A stretch of DNA of 64,000 bases from an uncultured delta proteobacterium. GTDB taxonomy: Bacteria; Myxococcota_A; UBA9160; UBA4427. The stretch spans positions 1,760,001-1,824,000 of the forward strand of contig CAWGJT010000005.1 in NCBI GenBank assembly GCA_963822965.1, read 5' to 3'. Position numbers and translations under genes: made by a program. The notes below the pieces were generated by a model. It ran no database searches and was not told the DNA's origin. It saw only the letters and a program-made list of their open reading frames with translations. This document shows, piece by piece, positions 51,453 to 61,723 of this stretch. Numbering within the stretch: the first letter of the stretch is position 1; every line of letters starts with the position of its first letter.

Positions 51453-52283
51453 TCAACGCGGCAGCAGCAGCTCGCCAAGTGTCCGGATCGCCAATCGAAT
51501 GCGGGGACCGTACCACGACACCCAGGTACCGTCGATCAAATGGATGCGGCCGTCCCGGGCGGCGGGAACCTCGAGCCCGCCGAGCTCGCGCGCGTCGGAC
51601 GCCGTGAACGCGTACGGCTCGTCGGGCAGCCAGACGACGTCCGGCGCCAGCGCAACCAGCTCGTCGAGATCGAGCTTCGGGTAGCGCTCGTCGGGGCGGC
51701 GGCGCCGGCGTCCGTCGGGCGCGAGCGCCGCGGTCACGTTCTCGCCTCCGCAGAGCTCGATCATGTCGTGCATGTAGGTGTCGCGCGACGGGGCCATCCA
51801 CGGATCGCGCCAGATGGGACAGAAGACGCGCGGCCGCGGCACGCCGCTCCGGCGCCGGTCGTGCTCGGCGGCTTCCACCGCCGCCAGTACCGGCAGGGCC
51901 ACCTCCCGGCGCGCCGTCTCGTCGGCGCCCAGCTTCGCCACCTCCAGCAGCAGCAGCGCCCCCTCGCGCACCGTGCGCGGATACGTGACCCACACGTCGA
52001 GACCCCGCGCGTCGAGGGCGTCCACCACCCGGCGCGTGTTCTCCTCGTGGTTGGCGATCACCAGGTCCGGCTGCAGGCGCGCGATCGCCTCCGGGTCGGC
52101 GTCCTTCGTGCCGCCCACCTTCGGCAGCGCCGCCACGGCGTCCGCCGGATGTACGCACCAGTCGGTCACGCCCACCACGCGGTCGCCCAGGCCCAGGGCG
52201 AAGAGCGACTCCGTGAGGCTCGGGACCAGCGAGACGATGCGGCCGGGCTCCCGCGCCGGCGGGGCGTCGAGCCGCGGGCTCAC
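51453..52283 (-). CDS. BtuF-like helical-backbone metal/cobalamin-binding protein
   Basis: RIVSLVPSLTE, VGVTDWC.HP, VGGTK, ANHEEN, WYGPR; no signal peptide visible. Confidence 0.88.
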   Translation of the reverse strand: MSPRLDAPPAREPGRIVSLVPSLTESLFALGLGDRVVGVTDWCVHPADAVAALPKVGGTKDADPEAIARLQPDLVIANHEENTRRVVDALDARGLDVWVTYPRTVREGALLLLEVAKLGADETARREVALPVLAAVEAAEHDRRRSGVPRPRVFCPIWRDPWMAPSRDTYMHDMIELCGGENVTAALAPDGRRRRRPDERYPKLDLDELVALAPDVVWLPDEPYAFTASDARELGGLEVPAARDGRIHLIDGTWVSWYGPRIRLAIRTLGELLLPR

Positions 52284-53455
52284 GGCGCGAACACCACCTG
52301 GAGCAGCCCGTCGTGGAAGCGGATGTCCTCGACGGCCCGGCCGCTCAGTGAGTCGGGCAGCGACACCAGGCGCTGGGCGTCGCGCACCTGCACCACCAGG
52401 TCGCGTCCGGCCGTCACCACCTCCACGTCCTCGGTCGCCATGCCCGGGAGGTCGATCTCGAGCACCGTGCTGCCCTCGTCCTTGCGCAGGCGAATGGGTC
52501 GCTTCCGGCTGAAGAAGCCGGCCGGGTCGTTCTCGCCGAACAGATCGCGGGCGAGCGCGGTGAGCGCCACCGGGCCGATGGGCTCCACCCGCTGCAGCGG
52601 GATCGAGAAGCGCGGCACGGGGAACGAGCGTTCGATGCGCGCCAGCTCTTCCTGCTCGCGCGCCGCCCAATTCGCGAAGTAGCCCGAGGCGGCGTCGGCC
52701 GGCAGCACGCGGTTCACGAGCACCGCGTCGGCGGCCACGCCGTACAGGCAGAGATAGGCGAACGAGCGGCGCGTCTCGTCCACCACCACCCGCGCCGGAT
52801 TCACCACCAGGCGCGCGCTGGTGCGATCGCCGTCGAGGAGGATCTGCCGCACGTCGGCCACGTCCTCGTAGAGCCGTTCGATGGCGCCGAACACCTCGTC
52901 CGAGGGCAGGAAGCGGTCCGCGTGCATGCGCTTGGCCACGGGCCGGATCATGTTCATGCCGCGCCGCTTCCACTCGAAGACGTTCTCCATGAAGAAGCGC
53001 AGCACGTCGGGAAAGCGGAGGAGCCGCAGGGTGGCGCCGGTGGGCGCGCAGTCCACCACGCACACGTCGTGCTCGCCCGCCGCCTCCACCTTGCGGATGG
53101 CGCGCAGGGCCACCAGCTCTTCGAGCCCCGGGAAGGCCACCAGCTCCTCGGCGACCATCTCCGCCTCGGCGCCCTCCACCTTCTGTCCCCGCAGCAGCAC
53201 GTTCATCCACTCCTGGACGACCGCCCACGCTTCGTCGAGCTCGTCGAGCACCGACAGCTCTTGCACGGTGACCCCGGGCGCCACCTGCTCGGGCGTCGAG
53301 CCGAGGGGCATGCCGAGGGCGTCGCCCAGGCTGTGGGCCGCGTCGGTGGACAGCACGAACACCCGGTGGCCGTGGAGAGCGGCCCCGAAGGCCGTGGTGA
53401 GGGCGACGGTCGTCTTGCCGACGCCTCCCTTCCCGGTGTGGAGCAGGACGCGCAT
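52280..53455 (-). CDS. ArsA/Get3-family ATPase with C-terminal HSP20-like domain
   Basis: GKGGVGKTT, STDAAHSLGD, DCAPTG.TLRLL, 'DLVVQVRDAQRLVSLP'. Confidence 0.92.
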   Translation of the reverse strand: MRVLLHTGKGGVGKTTVALTTAFGAALHGHRVFVLSTDAAHSLGDALGMPLGSTPEQVAPGVTVQELSVLDELDEAWAVVQEWMNVLLRGQKVEGAEAEMVAEELVAFPGLEELVALRAIRKVEAAGEHDVCVVDCAPTGATLRLLRFPDVLRFFMENVFEWKRRGMNMIRPVAKRMHADRFLPSDEVFGAIERLYEDVADVRQILLDGDRTSARLVVNPARVVVDETRRSFAYLCLYGVAADAVLVNRVLPADAASGYFANWAAREQEELARIERSFPVPRFSIPLQRVEPIGPVALTALARDLFGENDPAGFFSRKRPIRLRKDEGSTVLEIDLPGMATEDVEVVTAGRDLVVQVRDAQRLVSLPDSLSGRAVEDIRFHDGLLQVVFAP

Positions 53456-54723
53456 CAGGTGCCGCCCACCTTGCGCCGGGGCGGGGAGGCCTTCCCCGAC
53501 CGGCGGCTCTTCCTGGGCGCGGCCTTCGCGGGCCGGGGCTCGGGCTCGGCTTCCGGCGCGGCGCCGAAGGAGACCACCAGGGTGCCGTCCTGCAGGCGCG
53601 CGGAGGCCAGCGGCAGGCGCGAGATGCGGGGCGGCAGCGGAACGGCGCGCCGCCGGGATCCCGCGCGGACGATCAGGTCTTCCTCGACCACCGCCACCTC
53701 CAGGTGGTCCGCCGAGGCGCCGGGCAGCGGCAGATGCACCCGGTGCACCCCCGCCGCCTTCGTGAAGCGGATGCGCGGGGCGTCCGAGAGCAGCGCGTCG
53801 GGCCGCTCCTCGCCGAAGATGTCCCGGCCGTGGGCGGCCAGCGCGTCGAGACCCGTCACCTCGTCGCGCTGCAGGGGGGCGTCCAGCACCCGCAAGGGCG
53901 CGAAGAGCTCCTCCAGCTCCTGCTGGCGCCGACCCTGCACCGCCCACCAGTCCTGGAAGAACTCCTCCTGCCCCGCAGACGCGGGCAGCAGCCGGTTCAT
54001 CACCACCGCGTCGCAGTGCAGGTCGAAGAGCGAGAGCTCCATGAAGGCCCGCCGGGCCTCGTCGATCACCATCCGCTCGGGGGTGGCCACGATGCGGATG
54101 CTCGTCTGCTTGTCGGACAGGCGGCGACGGAGCTTCCGGGCCCGGTCGTCCACCAGGCGTTCGAGATCGCGGAACACCCGGCTGCGGGGGATCGGCGCGC
54201 TCACCATCGCCCGGGCGATGGGCGACACCACCGTGGACAGCACCCGCGCCGCGGCGGGCACGATGCGCAGCACGCCCTTCATCATGTCGGGCAGGGTGAC
54301 GAGGCGCAGGGTGGAGCCCGTGGGTGCGCAGTCGAGGACCACGAAGTCGTAGGTCCGGCGGCGAGAGAGCTCCTCCACGGCGAGGAGCGAGGCCACCTCC
54401 TCGGCACCCGGCAGCAGCGCCAGCTCCTCGGCCACCACGTCGTCGATGCCCTGGTAGCGGAAGAGCTCCACCAGGTAGTCGCGAATCGTGCCGTAGTAGC
54501 GGCCGATCTCGACCCGGGGGTCGATCTCCATGGCGTCCAGGTTGGGGGCCAGCTTCGCGGGGCTCGGCCCGAGCGGCCGCTCGAGGACGTCCCCCAGGCT
54601 GTGGGCCACGTCCGACGAGACGACGAGGGTGCGCGCTCCCAGCTCGGCCGCTCGGACGGCGGTAGCCGCCGCGGTGGTGGTCTTCCCGACGCCGCCCTTG
54701 CCGGTATAGAGAACGAGACGCAC
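53455..54723 (-). CDS. ArsA/Get3-family ATPase with C-terminal HSP20-like domain (paralogue)
   Basis: GKGGVGKTT, SSDVAHSLGD, DCAPTGSTLRL, 'DLIVRAGSRRRAVPLP'. Confidence 0.92.
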   Translation of the reverse strand: MRLVLYTGKGGVGKTTTAAATAVRAAELGARTLVVSSDVAHSLGDVLERPLGPSPAKLAPNLDAMEIDPRVEIGRYYGTIRDYLVELFRYQGIDDVVAEELALLPGAEEVASLLAVEELSRRRTYDFVVLDCAPTGSTLRLVTLPDMMKGVLRIVPAAARVLSTVVSPIARAMVSAPIPRSRVFRDLERLVDDRARKLRRRLSDKQTSIRIVATPERMVIDEARRAFMELSLFDLHCDAVVMNRLLPASAGQEEFFQDWWAVQGRRQQELEELFAPLRVLDAPLQRDEVTGLDALAAHGRDIFGEERPDALLSDAPRIRFTKAAGVHRVHLPLPGASADHLEVAVVEEDLIVRAGSRRRAVPLPPRISRLPLASARLQDGTLVVSFGAAPEAEPEPRPAKAAPRKSRRSGKASPPRRKVGGT

Positions 54724-54782
54724 GGGCGGACTCTAGCCCCAATGCGTCGGTTGCCCCTCTCGGGCGGCTTGCTCAGGTCGCG

Positions 54783-55136
54783 TCAGGCCGCGTTGGGAAC
54801 CATCCTGCCCTGCTTCTGCGCCGACTCGTCGCGCCCGCCGGCCGCGCGGCGGCGTGCCCCGCGCGCCGGCCGGGCGTCGAAGCGCGAGGGCCGGCGGGCC
54901 GGCCGCGTCCAGCGATGCCCGCAGCGCGGACACTCCCCGAGCTCGAGCGCGTCCGCCTGCAGGTCCACACAGTCGATCTCGACGTGCGCGCAGCCGCACA
55001 CCTGACAGCCCGTCGGGTGCGAGAGCGAGAGGGGGGAAGGCGAGACAGGGGAAGGCGAGACAGGGGAAGGCGAGACGGGGGAAGAGGTAGGGAAAGGGAG
55101 AGAGCGGGGGGAGCGAAGGAGCGTGTTCGTCGCCAT
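54783..55136 (-). CDS. Small Zn-ribbon protein with SPSPV repeats
   Basis: AGGAGG RBS; CQVC..CPRCGHRW. Confidence 0.6.
   Translation of the reverse strand: MATNTLLRSPRSLPFPTSSPVSPSPVSPSPVSPSPLSLSHPTGCQVCGCAHVEIDCVDLQADALELGECPRCGHRWTRPARRPSRFDARPARGARRRAAGGRDESAQKQGRMVPNAA
55033..55081. repeat. 15-bp tandem repeat x3
   Basis: GGGGAAGGCGAGACA units at 55033, 55048 and 55063. Confidence 0.85.
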
Positions 55137-55153
55137 GGGTCGACCTCCTATGT

Positions 55154-55198
55154 ATTGCTGCATTGCCGCATTGCTGCATTGCTGCATTGCCGCATTGC
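55154..55198. repeat. 8-bp tandem repeat ATTGCYGC x5.6
   Basis: attgctgc attgccgc attgctgc attgctgc attgccgc attgc, directly upstream of the RBS of the minus-strand ORF. Confidence 0.9.
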
Positions 55199-55464
55199 AC
55201 CTGGCGCCTTGCGGCGCCCTCCGGAGCCTGCTCTCCGGGCTGCCCCGCGGCTCTTTCGCCGAGCTCGCTCGACCTCGAGCCGCGGGACATCCCAGAGAGG
55301 TTGCCGGGTCACGAGTGGTGGATGCCCGGTACATCCCCCATGGAAGCCGGGCCCCGTGACGAATCCGGTCACGCGGGTGGGTGTCGTAGCGGGCCGGCGG
55401 GGTTCCGACCGCCGGCTCGCACGAGGCACGTGCGGACCCGGACGGAATTCGCCGGGCTCGCGGG

Positions 55465-56968
55465 TCAGCGCAGCTCGCGCTTCAGGATCTTGCCCGTCGG
55501 GCCCTTGGGGAGGCGCGTCCAGAAACTCCACGATGCGCGGGTACTTGTAGGCGGCCAGGCGCTCCTTGCAGAAGGCGATGATCGTCCTCCGCGCTGGCCG
55601 TCGCGGCCGGCGCCGAGAGCGACCACCGCCTTCACCTCCTCGCCGTGGCTCTCGTGGGGGACGCCGATCACGGCCGCCTCGACGACGGCCTCGTGGGCGT
55701 AGAGCACCTCCTCCACCTCGCGCGGATACACGTTGAAGCCGCCGCGCAGGATCATGTCCTTCTTGCGGTCGACGATCCAGTAGCAGCCGTCCTCGTCCCG
55801 CAGGCCGATGTCGCCCGAGTGGAACCAGCCGCCCTGCAGCGCTTCCTTGGTGGCGTCGGGGCGGCCCAGATAGCCCTTCATGACGTTGTGGCCGCGGATG
55901 CAGATCTCGCCGCGCTCGCCGTCGGGCAGCGGGTGGTCGTTCTCGTCCACGATGCACATCTCGACGCCCCACACCGGGTAGCCGATCGAGCCCGGCTTGC
56001 GCGGCTTGTCGAGCACGTTGAAGCTCGCGACCGGCGACGTCTCCGAGAGCCCGAAGCCCTCCAGGATCGTCACGCCGAAGCTGCTCCTCGAAGGCGTTCA
56101 TCACCTCGACGGGCATGGGCGCGCCGCCGGTGACACGCAGTACCGCACGCTCGCGAAGTCGTGGGTGCGTCCGCCTCGTGGTGCAGCAGCGCGAAGTACA
56201 TCGTGGGGACACCCGCGAAGAACGTGACGCGGTCGCGCTCGATCACCTCGAACGCCTTCGCGGGCGTCGAAGCGCGCCAGCAGCGTGAAGGTGCCGCCCA
56301 GCGCGATGGTGGCGTTCTGCACGCACGTCTGCCCGAACGAGTGGAAGAGCGGAAGCGTCGCCCAGCGCCACGTGCGTCGGGCCCGGCCTCGGGCATCAGC
56401 TTCGGCACCACCATCGCGCAGTTCATCAGCAGGTTCGAGTGCGTGAGCTCGGCGCCCTTGGGCTTGCCGGTCGTGCCGGACGTATAGAGGATGACGGCCG
56501 TGTCGGTGGGCAGGGTCGGGTGCAGGCGCGGCGACCGGATCGGCCGTCGGCCATCGCCTGCAGCGAGTCGGCTCCCGTCGCCGCCCGCCACGACCACCGG
56601 CACGCCCGCTGCTCGGCGCCCGGCGCGCCCCGCCGCTTCGAAGAGCGGATGCACGATGAGCAGCCGCGCGTCCGAGTCCTCGAGGAAGTACGCCACCTCG
56701 GGCGCCGCGGCGAGCACGTTGATGGGGACGACCGTGCAGCCGGCGTAGAGGATGCCGAAGTAGGCGATCGTGAACTCCGGCACGTTCGGCACCAGCAGCG
56801 CGACCCGGTCGCCCGGCTCGACGCCCCGCGCCCGCAGGCTCGCCGCCACCCCGCGCGCCGCCCGGTCGAGCTCGCCGTAGCTGAGCCGGCGGTCGTCCTG
56901 GCTGACCGCGGTCTTGTCGGGCTTCAGTCGCGCGGTGCCTGGAGGATCGATCCGAGGTTGAGCTGCAT
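55465..56968 (-). CDS. Long-chain fatty acid--CoA ligase (frameshifted)
   Basis: YTSGTTGKPKG, EGFGLSETSP, WFHSGDIG, NVYPREVE, PKGPTGKILKR. Confidence 0.92.
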
Positions 56969-57220
56969 GGGGGGTCTCCCGCGCCGGGCGCGGCGCCCCG
57001 GTCGATTCTCCCCCGGCGCCGAAAGGTGTCAAACCGGGCTCCGAACGGCGCCGCCCGCCGGGCGGGGCGACCCGGGCCGGGTCGGTCGGCGTCGCGAACG
57101 GGTCCCCGGCAGTCGTCCGCTCGGGCTGGCGTCGGCGCCAGAGTGGGCGCGCTGGCCCGCCATTTCACGCGATCACGGGCTACGGGCCGACGCGATGGAG
57201 ACGCTGGTCTGCGTTGCGAC

Positions 57221-58180
57221 TCAGGTGGCGAAGATCACCAGCAGGTAGACGGCGTAGAGGGTGACGAGGACGCTGCCCGCGGCGCGGCCGATGGGGCGGC
57301 CGGCCAGGACGAGCACCCACAGCAGGCCCCCCGAGAAGAGCATCACCCACAGGTCGATGGTGAGGAAGCCGGCGGGGACGGGCACCGGGGCGATCAGCAC
57401 CGTGAGCCCCATGATGGCCAGGATGTTGAGGACGTTCGAGCCGATCACGTTGCCGATGGCGACGTCGTCGGTGCGATGGATGGCGGCGAGGACGGTGGTG
57501 CTGAGCTCGGGGAGCGACGTTCCCAGCGCCACGATGCTGGCGCCGATCACCGCCTCCCGAATGCCCAGGCCCTTGGCGATCGCGACCGCGCCTTGACGGC
57601 GAGATCCGCACCGAGGGGCAGCAGCAGGATGCCGAGCACGATGAAGAAGAGAATCATGCGGCAGCTGCGACGGGATGCCCAGCACGCGGTCGATCTCCGC
57701 CTCGTCGCGCGTCCACCTCCAGGAACGAGGCCATGCCGCGGAAGCTCACGAGCAGGCCCACCGCCAGCACGCCCACCAGCACGATGCCGTGGGGCCAGGA
57801 GAGGGGCCCCAGGAAGCAGAGGCCGATGAAGATGCGCGCTGACGAGCAGCATGAAGAGCCCGTGGGAGCGGGCGCCCGAGGCGGGGATCGCGATGGGCGA
57901 GATCAGGGCGGGCAGCCCGATGACGAGCAGCACGTTGGTGATGTTGCTGCCGACGACGTTTCCGATGGCGATCTCGCCATGCCCGGAGATCGCCGCATAG
58001 AGCGAGACGAGGAGCTCCGGGCGCCGAGGTTCCCATGGCGACCACCGTCAGCCCGACCAGCAGCGGCGAGATGCGGCTGCGACGCGAGAGCGCGAGCGCG
58101 CCACGCACCAGCAGATCGCCGCCGATCGTCAGGTAGATCAGGCCGCCGAAGAGGACGAGGAAGTCCGCCGCCTCGATCAT
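57221..58180 (-). CDS. Calcium/sodium antiporter, YrbG-like (frameshifted)
   Basis: Two alpha repeats: GTSAP..GNVVGSNITN and GTSLPEL..GNVIGSNVLN. Confidence 0.88.
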
Positions 58181-58199
58181 CGCCCGTCCGGGCCCGAGC

Positions 58200-59288
58200 G
58201 CCCGCGGCCGGCTCGTGCGCGCTGCGCGCTTCCATGATCGTCGAGCCAGTCGTTCAGGGCGCGGGCGAGCACCGCGACCTCGTCCTCGCCTTCGCACCTC
58301 GGCGCGAAGACCCGTCTCTCCCTTTCGCACGCGGTCCACCAGCGTCGGAGAGGTCGCGGATGGGGCGTGCGAGGCGGAAGCCGAGCAGCGTGCCCACCAC
58401 GATCGCGAAGGCGGCAAGCGCCAGGGCCACGTCGATGATGCGGCTGCGCAGCGCGTAGAAGCGGGCCAGCTCCTCGTCTGCGTCGATCTTGACGACGAGC
58501 CCCCAGCCGAGCTCGGGCAGGAAGCGCGAGGCGACCCACACCTCGTTGTCCCGGTAGTCGTGCGGCAGCTCGAAGATCTCGCCGTTCCCCCGCGCGCCGC
58601 GGCCACGCTCGGGGGCGGCTCCGCCGGCGGGCAGCGCGGCGCGTGGCGCAAGGCGTTCAGCACCTGCATGCGACCGCCCGGCTCCAGGCTGAAGAGGATG
58701 GTCTCGCCCGTCTCGCCGAGCCCGGTGGAGTCGGCGTGACGCCGAGGACCTCGCCGACGTCCATCACGACGTCGAGGGAGCCGATGACGTGCCGTCGAGC
58801 TCGAGGCTCGAGTGCAGCTGCCTTCGAGCCCGCCGTCGCTGCGGCGGTGCAGCCCGGAATACACGACGCACCACTGCCCGTCACGGGCGTCTTTCGCGCG
58901 GGAGGCGTCTCCGATTCGCCCGCGCTCGCGATCAGATGCCCGCCGCCGTCGAACAGCGCGATGCGCTTCACCTCCTCGACGGCCGAGACGGCGTCGCGCA
59001 CGATGCGCTGGATGCGTTCGAGGTCCGCCGGCATCCCGTGTCTCGCCGTAGCGCTCCAGGCTGAGACGCAGCTGGGTGCGGCTGCGGATCAGGCGAACCT
59101 GGTCGCGCCAGCCTTCGAGCATCTCGTCGAGATCGTCGACTTTGGTCTCGGCCAGCGCGTCGAGCTGTCGCTCGGAGATGCGCCGCAGCATGTTCTGCGC
59201 GGTCTCGTATCCGAACGCTCCCAGCAGGAGCATGTTGCAGAGGGAGAGTGCGACCAGACGCGAAGGCGAGCTTGGTGCGGTAATCCAA
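58200..59288 (-). CDS. Cache plus HAMP membrane sensor-like protein (frameshifted, no output domain seen)
   Basis: N-terminal TM, 'GLGETGET', 'WGLVVKIDADE', TM, 'ARPIRDL..EDEVAVLARALN'. The 3' end is approximate. Confidence 0.65.
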
Positions 59289-59318
59289 GGTCCGAAGAGC
59301 CTAGCTGGGGAAGCCTTC

Positions 59319-59362
59319 GGATTCCCACAGCGGGGAATCCTCTGGGATTCCCACAGAGGGAA
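59319..59362. promoter_or_regulatory. Duplicated palindromic motif GGATTCCCACAG..GGGAA
   Basis: GGATTCCCACAG at 59319 and 59345; the first forms GGATTCCC-N6-GGGAATCC. Confidence 0.6.
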
Positions 59363-59420
59363 CAGCAACCGGATCTCGGGGCGGCACGACGCAAGAGCCC
59401 TCATGGAGCCCTCAGCCGTC

Positions 59421-60622
59421 TCAGCCGCCCCGCCTCAGCAGCAGGCAGCCGCCGAGCGGGCCGCCGCCGGCCGCGGCGACGGCCACCTGCGGGTCGCCCG
59501 CCACCTGGCGCGCGCCGCCCTCGCCCCACAGCTGCACGCACGCCTCGTGGAGGAAGCCGTAGCCGTGCAGTCGGCCGCCGGAGAGCTGGCCGCCGTTCGT
59601 GTTGAGGGGCAGCTCGCCCTCGAGGGCGATGCGCTGGCCGCCCTCGAGAAGGGCCCGCCCTCGCCCCTTGCCGCAGAAGCCCAGCGCCTCGAGCCAGGCC
59701 AGGGCGATGAAGCTGAAGCCGTCGTAGAGCTGCGCGCAGTCGACGTCGGCGGGGGTCGAGGTCGGTGCGCTTCCAGAGCATCGCCGCGGCGTCGCGCAGG
59801 GCCATGGTGGTGAGGTCGTCCCACTGGTCCCAGGAGGGACGGCCCTTGATGGCCGTGCCCACCGCCTCGACGCGCAGCGGCGGCCGGCGCAGGTCCTTGG
59901 CGGCGTCGACGTGGGAGACGATCATCGCCGTGGCGCCGTCCACGGGCACGTCGCAGTCGTACAGGCAGAAGGGCTCCGAGATCATGCGGGCCGACAGGTA
60001 GTCGTCCATCGTCATCGGGTCGCGGTAGATGGCCTTCGGGTTCAGGCCCGCGTTGCGGCGCGCGTTGAGGGCGATCCAGGCCAGCTGCTCGCGCGTGGTG
60101 CCGAACTCGTGGAAGTGGCGCTTCGCCATCATGGCGATCCAGCACCGCCGCCGAAGCGGCGCCGTAGGGGAGCGTCCACTGCATGAAGCCGCCGGCCCGG
60201 AAGCGACCGCCGCCGCCGGCGCCGATCCCCTGACGGCCGCCGCTGCCCTGGGCGGTGGACTCCCACACCGTGCGGAAGCAGAGGACGTGGCGGGCGAGCC
60301 CGGTGGCCACCGCCATGCAGGCGTTCACCACCGACCCCAGCTGACCGGGCAGCTCGGGGCCGCCGCAGAACCAGTCGAGGTCGAGGCGCAGCATGTCCTG
60401 CACCTCGGTGATGCCGGCGCCGCTGAAGCCCGCGGGCGCCCCGCCCATGTTGCCGGGATAGGTGGACAGGCCGTCGATGTCCTCGCGGCGCAGGCCGGCG
60501 TCCTCGATGGCGGCCAGGCACGCGTCGGCGGTGAGCGCCAGGGGGTCGCGGTTCAGGCGGCGGCCGACGTCCGACTGGCCGATTCCCGTGAGGGCCGCGC
60601 GCCGCTCGAGAAACTCGCTCAT
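59421..60622 (-). CDS. SCP-x/Ltp2-type thiolase-family protein (frameshifted)
   Basis: GIGQS, DAGL..DIDG, AR.NA..NP.A, DCDVPVDGA, and NTNGGQLS in a shifted frame. Confidence 0.88.
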
Positions 60623-61068
60623 GCGTCCTTCCCATCTGCGCCCGGGCCGGCGGCCCCGGGGTCGGGCTCGAAGAGGGGCAGGAACACGCCCTCCCCCAGG
60701 TCCTCGAAGACGACCCGCACCGGCAGGCCGATGCGCACGTCCTCGATGGGGCAGCCCACGATGTTGGTGGTGAGCCGCAGCGACGGCTGCTCGACGATCT
60801 CGACGATGGCCACCACGTAGGGCGGATCGAAGCCCGGAATCCACGGCTGGTGGTTGACGGTGAACGTGTGCACCACCGCGCGTCCCGAGACCGCCTCGGA
60901 CGAGAGCTCCCGCGAGAGGCACTCGGGACACACCGGCGACGGCGGGTGCACATAAGTGCGGCAGCTCGCACAGCGCAGGAAGCGAAGCTCGCCCGCGGCG
61001 CCACCCTGCCAGTAGTGCTCGTTCTCCGGGGTCACCTGCGGCAGCAGGCGGAACGGCTTCTTGCTCAC
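60619..61068 (-). CDS. DUF35 Zn-ribbon/OB-fold protein
   Basis: CASC..PPSPVCPEC, SGR.VVHTFTV, IG.PV.V.F; coupled to the thiolase. Confidence 0.92.
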   Translation of the reverse strand: MSKKPFRLLPQVTPENEHYWQGGAAGELRFLRCASCRTYVHPPSPVCPECLSRELSSEAVSGRAVVHTFTVNHQPWIPGFDPPYVVAIVEIVEQPSLRLTTNIVGCPIEDVRIGLPVRVVFEDLGEGVFLPLFEPDPGAAGPGADGKDA

Positions 61069-61090
61069 GTGGCTCGCCTCGTCCGTCGTC

Positions 61091-61723
61091 TCATTCGCCG
61101 GTGACCGTGTGGTGCAGGATCTGCGCGGACGTCTCGACGAGGTCGTCCCGGGTGACGCCGAAGACCTCGAGCTCGCGGTGGTAGGCGGCCAGTCGCTCGA
61201 GGATGGAGGCCATGGCGGCGGCGGCCGCCGCGGGATGACCGGCGGCCGCGTCGCCTTCCCGGTGCTCGCGGATCACCCGGGCGAGATGGGTGATCACCGG
61301 GCGCATGGTGCGGGCCCGCAGCGCCTGGAAGCGCTCGTCTCCCTCGTCGGAGGCCAGGTTGCGCACCCGCAGCACCGCATGGTGCGCGTCCCAGTGGGCG
61401 ATGAAAGCCTCCACGATGGCGCGGGCCTTGCGCCGGCCCGCGTCGCCGCGCCACGAGCCGTCGATCTGCTCGAGGATGCCGGGCATCTCCTCGCTGGTCT
61501 GCCCGGCGAGGCACAGCACCACGTCGTCCACGTCGCGAAAGTACTGGTAGAAGGTGGCCGCCGAGGTCTCCACTTCGCGGGCGATGTCGATCACCCGCAG
61601 CTCGCGGAGCTTCTGGCGCCCGAGGAGCGTCTCGGTGGCTTCGAGCAGGCGCGCGCGCGTCTGCAGGGCGCGCGGCCCGAGGGCGCGACCGCTCTGGTCG
61701 ACGACGTCGCGGTCTTCGCTCAC
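61091..61723 (-). CDS. TetR-family regulator
   Basis: TRARLLEAT..IAREVETSAATFYQYF. Confidence 0.9.
   Translation of the reverse strand: MSEDRDVVDQSGRALGPRALQTRARLLEATETLLGRQKLRELRVIDIAREVETSAATFYQYFRDVDDVVLCLAGQTSEEMPGILEQIDGSWRGDAGRRKARAIVEAFIAHWDAHHAVLRVRNLASDEGDERFQALRARTMRPVITHLARVIREHREGDAAAGHPAAAAAAMASILERLAAYHRELEVFGVTRDDLVETSAQILHHTVTGE

Noticed and set aside
52280..54723. Arsenic resistance operon
   Set aside because: No arsB/acr3, arsC, arsD or arsR; single-domain ATPases with HSP20-like tails indicate the Get3-like class.
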